Assembly: GCA_004524535.1 (NCBI GenBank) | Contig: SDNY01000086.1 | Coordinates: forward strand, 1 to 15,587 | Source: Promethearchaeota archaeon | GTDB lineage: Archaea > Asgardarchaeota > Lokiarchaeia > Sigyniarchaeales > SOKP01 | DNA length: 15,587 nt | Direction of reading: 5' to 3' | Made by a program: the position numbers and the translations under genes | In this document: piece by piece, positions 10,012 through 15,587 of the stretch | Layout: every line of letters starts with the position of its first letter | Numbering within the stretch: the stretch's first letter is position 1 | Notes under the pieces: model-generated | The model's input: the letters and a program-made list of their open reading frames with translations, nothing else | Databases searched by the model: none | What the model was told of the DNA's origin: nothing

Positions 10012-10056
10012 CCAATTATATTGGAAATAATTAAATTTCCAAATTTATTACCTATT

Positions 10057-11373
10057 ATGATGGATTACGAAGAATGGCTAAAATCTAAAGATTTGGAATA
10101 TCGTGAAGGAATCCTATATATGGCAGGTGTCAATACTGTAGACATTGCTGAAAAATATGGCACACCAATTTATGTTATAAACGAAGATTTGATTAGAAAA
10201 CGCTATAAAACGTTGAAGAAAGAGCTTGATTCAGTTTATAAAAATAACCAAATTCATTTTGCTGTGAAAGCCAATTCAAATTTGTCTGTTCTGAAGATTC
10301 TTAAATCTCAGGGAGCCTATTTTGATTGTAGTTCTACAGGAGAAATATATGCATGTTTTAAAGCAGGAATATCATCTGAAAAAATAATATATACAGGAAA
10401 CATGTTTACTAACGAGGATTTTAAATTCGCTGTAGAGAATGATATTTTAGTTAATCTGGATAGTATCAGCCAATTAAAGAGACTTTCGAAGGTATACGAA
10501 GATTTAGGAAAAGAAAAAAATTTAATTTCTTTTAGAATAAATCCTGAATTTGGAGCCGGACATCATTCACATACGATAACGGCAGGAAAAGACATAAAAT
10601 TTGGTATTTTAGACAACCAAGTAATTGAGGCTTATTCTAAAGCAAGAGAATATGGATTTAAAAAATTTGGTACACACATTCATGTAGGTTCCGGAATTCT
10701 TGATCCTAATGATTTTGATAAAGCAAGTGAAAAATATTTAACTATCGTCATGAAATTAGCAGATACTCTTGATATTAAGTTTGATTTTGTAGATTTTGGT
10801 GGAGGATTAGGCATTCCTTATCGTCCAAAAGAAGTTCCATTAGATTTAGAAGAATATAAGAAAGTTGTTATAAAAAGATTTAAAGATTTAATTGAAAAAG
10901 TAGATATGGATCAAGTAGATTTTAAAATTGAACCAGGCCGCTACATAACAGCTGAAGCAAGCATAATTTTAACACAAATTAATACAATTAAAGACAATGG
11001 ATACAAACTATTTGCTGGAGTAGATGCTGGATTTAATACTTTAATAAGACCTACTATGTATGGGTCATACCATCACATTATAGTTTGTAAAAAAAATTCT
11101 AAAGAAAAAACACAAAAATACGATGTGGTTGGACCCATTTGCGAATCTGGAGATGTTTTTGGGAAGGATCGAGAGTTACCTGAGTTATTTGAAGGAGATT
11201 ATTTAGCAATCCTCGATGCTGGTGCTTATGGATTTACAATGAGTAGTCCTTATAATTCACGCCCTCGACCTGCTGAAGTTTTACTTAATGATCAAAAATC
11301 TTATCTGATAAGAAAAGCAGAAACATTTGATGATTTACTCTCACATCAGGAAATCCCAGATCACTTAAAATGA
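10057..11373 (+). CDS. lysA: Diaminopimelate decarboxylase
   Basis: YGTPIYV, FAVKAN (PLP lysine), HIHVGS, DFGGG, EPGR, GPICESGD, GAYG..MSS.YNSRPRP. The ORF track starts at TTG 10021, but that codon is inside a hairpin, so ATG 10057/10060 is more likely. Confidence 0.93.
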   Translation: MMDYEEWLKSKDLEYREGILYMAGVNTVDIAEKYGTPIYVINEDLIRKRYKTLKKELDSVYKNNQIHFAVKANSNLSVLKILKSQGAYFDCSSTGEIYACFKAGISSEKIIYTGNMFTNEDFKFAVENDILVNLDSISQLKRLSKVYEDLGKEKNLISFRINPEFGAGHHSHTITAGKDIKFGILDNQVIEAYSKAREYGFKKFGTHIHVGSGILDPNDFDKASEKYLTIVMKLADTLDIKFDFVDFGGGLGIPYRPKEVPLDLEEYKKVVIKRFKDLIEKVDMDQVDFKIEPGRYITAEASIILTQINTIKDNGYKLFAGVDAGFNTLIRPTMYGSYHHIIVCKKNSKEKTQKYDVVGPICESGDVFGKDRELPELFEGDYLAILDAGAYGFTMSSPYNSRPRPAEVLLNDQKSYLIRKAETFDDLLSHQEIPDHLK

Positions 11374-11464
11374 ATTTCTTTTTTTCAGAAAATCAAAATT
11401 TATAAGAATGAGATACTTTTATAAAATTGAGAATTAATAGGGCTTGGATACCCCTTATTAATTC

Positions 11465-11531
11465 TTGATGATGAGTAGGCGTTATGAAACCTATTGATAG
11501 GTTAATGAAATAACTGATCTGCTCTGATCAA
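11465..11531 (+). ncRNA. Box C/D-like small RNA with two K-turns
   Basis: C box ATGATGA 11468-74; D'-like ATGA 11484-87; hairpin AACCTA/TAGGTT 11488-11503; C'-like ATGAAAT 11505-11; D box CTGA 11524-27; terminal TTGA/TCAA. It is intergenic, with TATA-like TTTATAA boxes near 11400 and 11418. Confidence 0.6.
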
Positions 11532-11606
11532 CTTCTTAAACGTTACTATATATCTCTCTGTTATTTTATTGATTATATGTAGAAAAATATAGAAAAGTGA
11601 AAAAAC

Positions 11607-12347
11607 TTGGATCTAATATATGAACTATTTAATGCAGATTTACCAAGACAAGGACCGGGAGATAATAAATCTACAAAAAAGGCATTTTCTTATCTAACAG
11701 AATTACCTTCAAAACCTTTTATCTTGGATGTGGGATGTGGTAATGGTATGCAAACATTAGAATTAGCCAGACTATCAAATGGAAGAATATTAGCATTAGA
11801 TAATCATCAACCTTATCTCGATGTTCTAAATAATAAAATCAAGATTATGAATTTTTCTCATAGAATAACTACAATAAATCAATCTATGCTTGATATGAAA
11901 TTTGATGCTAATAAGTTTGATGTTATCTGGTCAGAAGGAGCGGCTTATAACTATGGATTTGAAAAAGCTCTTGAAGATTGGCAATTTTTTCTTAAAGAAA
12001 AAGGATATCTCGTGTTTTCAGAGCTATGCTGGTTTAAAGAAAATATTCCGAAAGAAATATATGATTATTTGATGAGTGAATATCCAGCGATGAAAAATGT
12101 AGAAGAAAATATTACATTAATAAAATCCAAAGGATTAGATTTGATCTTTCACTTTAACATTCCCGAATCAAGTTGGTGGGATAATTTATACATTCCTTTA
12201 GAGAAAAATATTCATAAGATACGCAAGAAATACAAAAATGATAATGAAACTCTTGACCAACTAAAGTTATTTAACGAAGAAATTGAAATGTTTAGGAAAT
12301 ATTCAGACTATTATGGATATACATTCTTTATTATGCTTCATCAATAA
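11607..12347 (+). CDS. Class I SAM-dependent methyltransferase
   Basis: LPRQGPG N-terminal motif, motif I ILDVGCGNG, FDVIWSEGA, YYGY.FFI C-terminus. TTG start 6 nt after GTGA. Confidence 0.88.
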   Translation: MDLIYELFNADLPRQGPGDNKSTKKAFSYLTELPSKPFILDVGCGNGMQTLELARLSNGRILALDNHQPYLDVLNNKIKIMNFSHRITTINQSMLDMKFDANKFDVIWSEGAAYNYGFEKALEDWQFFLKEKGYLVFSELCWFKENIPKEIYDYLMSEYPAMKNVEENITLIKSKGLDLIFHFNIPESSWWDNLYIPLEKNIHKIRKKYKNDNETLDQLKLFNEEIEMFRKYSDYYGYTFFIMLHQ

Positions 12348-12381
12348 ATCTTCTTTTCATAAAGAGTAAAAAAAAACCTTA

Positions 12382-13203
12382 TTACAAATTTAAGACTTCA
12401 CGCGTATTATATATCTTGTTTTCTCTCGCATTAGCAATAAATTTTATAGCAATTATAGCACCACTAGCGAAGCAGTTACGACTATGAGCTTGATGTTTAA
12501 ATTCAATACGTTCGCCAGGACCTGCGTATAGGATTATGTGATCCCCTACAATATCCCCTGCTCGAATGCAATGTATTCCAATTTCGTTTTTGGCACCTTT
12601 CTTTCTTAACGCTGGACCTTTTGGACGCCCATATTTAACGATATCATCCATTTCAACCCCGAGTGTATCACATATTGTTTTTGCAATGGTTAAACTGGTG
12701 CCTGAGTAATTATCCCTTTTTCTTATATGATGACTTTCAATGATTTCAATATCCCAATCCTTCAAATATTCGGTCAGAACTGAAGCCATTTTAAAGAAAA
12801 TATTAACTCCTGTTGCCATATTTGACGAAATAACAGCTGGTGCATTATGTTCTTTTGCTTTTTTTTCAAATTCTTCTATAAATGAATTAGATAATCCAGT
12901 TGTTCCAATAACACATCGGATCTTATTTTCAACGCAAACCATGCAATTTTTTTCTGCAGCTTCGGCTAAAGTAAAATCAACAGCAACCTCAGGTTTTGTT
13001 GCCTTAATTACCTCTTTAATTTCCGTAATATTACTTATTTTTACATGATTCGGGTCCTTTTTGCCCACTAAAACTCCTAGCTCATCACCTATATTTATTA
13101 CATCGCATGCTGCAACAATTTCAATTTCATCCTCGTCAAAAGCTAACTGACTGATTAACCTTCCCATTGAGCCCGTTGGACCTAAAATTAATAGTTTAAT
13201 CAT
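12382..13203 (-). CDS. dapB: 4-hydroxy-tetrahydrodipicolinate reductase
   Basis: G.TG.MG Rossmann motif, VDFT, VIGTTG, SSNMATGVN, E.HH..K.D..SGT, RAGDIVGDH, H.AHSR..FA.GA. Confidence 0.93.
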   Translation of the reverse strand: MIKLLILGPTGSMGRLISQLAFDEDEIEIVAACDVINIGDELGVLVGKKDPNHVKISNITEIKEVIKATKPEVAVDFTLAEAAEKNCMVCVENKIRCVIGTTGLSNSFIEEFEKKAKEHNAPAVISSNMATGVNIFFKMASVLTEYLKDWDIEIIESHHIRKRDNYSGTSLTIAKTICDTLGVEMDDIVKYGRPKGPALRKKGAKNEIGIHCIRAGDIVGDHIILYAGPGERIEFKHQAHSRNCFASGAIIAIKFIANARENKIYNTREVLNL

Positions 13204-13228
13204 ATTTAACCCTTTGATGTTCTATTAA

Positions 13229-14137
13229 TTAAATTATATTTAATTTCTTGAGAACATTTTTTATTTTTTCACAGTTCGCATCTAAGGGAGGACTTAGTGG
13301 CAACCTCATCCTTTTATTCATAATATCCATTAGTTCAGCAGCATATTTCACTGGTCCTGGATTAGACTCAATGAATAATACTTTAAAGAGATCATACAAT
13401 TCTAATTGCATTTTCCTTGCTTTATCCCAATCACCAGCATTCATTGATTTTGTGAATTCAAATATTTTAGCAGGTATTATATTTGATGCTACGCTTATAA
13501 CGCCGATTCCACCTAATGCCATGATATGATAGGTCATACTGTCATCTCCACTTAACATAATAAAATCATCAGGAGCATCTTTGATTATTTGAGTAATTTG
13601 ATCAATATTGCCACTTGCTTCTTTAATTCCAACAATATTATCTTTTTTATTTGCTAATTTTACTACTGTATCAGGATCCAAATTTCTTACCGTTCTACTT
13701 GGTACGTTGTATAGTATAATTGGTAAAGAGGTTGAATCTGCTATAGCAGAATAATGTTCTATTAATGAATGTTGCATGGGTTTATTATAATAAGGGACAA
13801 CCACTAATAATCCGTCTGCACCAATTTTTTCAGCATATTGACATAATGAAATAGACTCATATGTAGCATTACTTCCTGCCCCAGCAAGCACAAAGGGATC
13901 TTTTCCTGATTTTTTAGCCTCATCTACTGTGATCTTTATTGCTTGATGATGCTCCTCATGTGATAACGTTGCGCTTTCTCCAGTTGTACCCATAGTTAAA
14001 AGCTGACACCCATTATCAATTTGGAATCTTATAAATTCTCTATATTTATCCTCATCTATTGTTAAATCTTCGTTTAACGGTGTAATCATAGCCGTAATGG
14101 CATTCCTTAATTTATCTAATTTATTAAATTTTGACAT
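13229..14137 (-). CDS. dapA: 4-hydroxy-tetrahydrodipicolinate synthase
   Basis: TAMITP, GTTGES.TLS.EEH, PYYNKP, LYNVPSRT, GIKEASG (Schiff-base Lys), LSGDD, GVISVASN, ESNPGPVK. Lies directly upstream of dapB. Confidence 0.95.
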   Translation of the reverse strand: MSKFNKLDKLRNAITAMITPLNEDLTIDEDKYREFIRFQIDNGCQLLTMGTTGESATLSHEEHHQAIKITVDEAKKSGKDPFVLAGAGSNATYESISLCQYAEKIGADGLLVVVPYYNKPMQHSLIEHYSAIADSTSLPIILYNVPSRTVRNLDPDTVVKLANKKDNIVGIKEASGNIDQITQIIKDAPDDFIMLSGDDSMTYHIMALGGIGVISVASNIIPAKIFEFTKSMNAGDWDKARKMQLELYDLFKVLFIESNPGPVKYAAELMDIMNKRMRLPLSPPLDANCEKIKNVLKKLNII

Positions 14138-14239
14138 AATATTTCTTCCTTATTTAATTTAATAACTATTTAAAATATTATTTGGAAAGTATCATTTATA
14201 AGAGTTATTGATAATTCCATATAAAGGAAAAAGTTGAAG

Positions 14240-15514
14240 TTATTTCTTTTCTTTTTCCAATTTCTTTTTGATTAAAAAACCCATTTTGCTCTGAAGTCCA
14301 AACAGAGGAATAAAACCATAACTTAAATTTTGATTAAAGGTACTAGCTGTTTCATAAGTTGCTAAGTTCATATCATATATTCCATAAGGAGATTCCCTTG
14401 CTACAACCTCTGCGCTTCCTTTAAATAATTTTACTTTAACGCTACCAGTTACTTTTTTGTTTATTTCATTTATAAAAGCATCTAATGCATCTTTTAAAGG
14501 ATCAACCCATAATCCCTCATAAGCTAACTCAGACCATCTCTGATCTACCATGTTTTTGAAGGAATTTTCTTGCTTAGTACATACATATTTCTCAAGATCT
14601 TTATGCGCTTTAATAAGCATTAATGCTGCAGGAACTTCATAAGTTTCTCTTGATTTTAATCCAATGGCTCGATCTTCCATGTGTTCTATTCTTCCAACAC
14701 CATGCTTACATCCTAAATCGTGTAATGTTCTTAATAAGTCAATACTACTCATCTTTTCCCCATTTAAACCTACTGGAACTCCTTCTTCAAAATTAATAGT
14801 TATATATTCAGGCTCATTGGGAGCCTTCTCAGGAGCAATTGTCCATTCTCTCGAATCTTCAGGCGGTTCAATTTCCGGGTGTTCTAAAATATCACATTCT
14901 GCACTTCTTCCAAAAAGATTCTCATCAATGCTGTATTTCTTATATTTATTGACTGGAATACCATGTCTTTCTGCGTATTTGACTTCCTCATCTCGCCCCA
15001 TATTCCATTCAATTAAGGGTTGTAATACCTCGATTTCTGGAGCGTACGCATTTGCTGTAATATTAATTCTAATCTGATCGTTTCCTTTCCCAGTACACCC
15101 ATGTGCTACTACGGAAATTCCTTCCTTTTTAGCAATTTTAATTGCTTCTATTGCAATTAAAGGTCTCCCTACGGCAGTGCTTAACGGATATATCCCTTGA
15201 TATAACCCATTGGCTTTAATTGTAGGAAAAACATAGTCTTTTACAAATTTTTCTTTTAAATCTACTGTGAAATGTTTTACCGCACCTAATTTATACGCTT
15301 TTTCTTCGATTTCTTCAAACCTTGTTGGATCAGCAAATTCTTGACCTAAATCAGCTGTAAATGTATAGATTTTGGCGCTATATGTTTCTTGAAGCCACTT
15401 AATCATGCAGGAAGTGTTTGATCATACATACATCAATTGTATATATTCTAATCCTCCTGAATACATTAATAAAATCTTATCGTATTTATCCTTTTTGGGT
15501 CCTAATTGATTCAT
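14240..15514 (-). CDS. argG: Argininosuccinate synthase; intron-containing, join(15448..15514, 14240..15417), 414 aa spliced
   Basis: The body has YPLSTA.GRP, HGCTGKGNDQ.R, YSIDENL.GRS.E, GLKSRE.YE.P. The ORF-track protein lacks the N-terminal PP-loop. ATG 15514 reads MNQLGPKKDKYDKILLMYSGGL, and removing 15418-15447 restores YSGGLDTSCMIKWL. Confidence 0.93.
15418..15447 (-). other. 30-nt BHB-type intron in argG mRNA
   Basis: Minus-strand RNA: CAGGAG GAUU AG|A AUAUAUACA AUUGA UGUAUGUAU GAUC AA|A CACUUCCUG. Central helix GAUU/GAUC, bulges AGA and AAA, 9-bp intron stem with one G-U, exon helix CAGGA/UCCUG. In-frame UGA at 15424-15422. Confidence 0.88.
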
Positions 15515-15587
15515 ATTCCATCATCTCAAAAGAATAAAGATATAAAGATTTGATATAATTTATTTTTTCCCCTCTTATTTTTTAAGA

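Noticed and set aside
10021-10042. Perfect 8-bp hairpin TTGGAAAT/ATTTCCAA between dapF and lysA as a third BHB intron
   Set aside because: The would-be central helix AAUU/AUUU has a U-U mismatch, there is no exon helix, and no protein motif is restored. It is probably an intercistronic hairpin.
11468-11527. SECIS element or hammerhead ribozyme reading of the intergenic RNA
   Set aside because: No in-frame Sec codon in the neighbouring genes and helix spacing does not fit SECIS. The hammerhead core CUGAUGA is absent (AUGAUGA) and stem II would be very weak.
2635-15077. Antisense ORFs 2635-2835, 4216-4410, 4689-4907, 5191-5403, 6024-6278, 9207-9710, 12740-13048, 13248-13529, 14664-15077
   Set aside because: All lie wholly opposite well-conserved genes and have no recognisable motifs; they are shadow ORFs.
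15422-15424. Selenocysteine or stop read-through at the argG TGA (and at the cdhD stop)
   Set aside because: Read-through would leave 10 extra residues inside the PP-loop and destroy SGGLDTS. The cdhD stop is TAA, which is not recoded to Sec or Pyl. Splicing explains both.

Overview
AT-rich archaeal window, most likely Asgard/Lokiarchaeia. This is an inference from a Rab-like small GTPase with an N-terminal Cys/His domain, a CdhD subunit, a FATP-type acyl-CoA ligase, GTGA-type ribosome-binding sites and oligo-T terminators. It holds 13 mostly metabolic genes: an NMO/FabK-family flavoenzyme, a small GTPase, cdhD, an acyl-CoA ligase, leuD-leuC, a membrane metal-hydrolase, dapF-lysA, a SAM methyltransferase, dapB-dapA and argG. 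The main finding is that two unrelated housekeeping genes, cdhD and argG, look broken in the ORF track because each carries a 30-nt in-frame insertion containing a stop codon. Both insertions fold with their flanks into the same bulge-helix-bulge (BHB) structure: 4-bp central helix, two 3-nt bulges, 9-bp intron stem and 5-nt loop. Cutting at the canonical tRNA-splicing-endonuclease positions restores the reading frame exactly (ArgG SGGLDTS motif; CdhD TWEDV-IPLAVKYDH). This points to a family of BHB mini-introns in mRNAs. A box C/D-like double-K-turn RNA lies between lysA and the methyltransferase.
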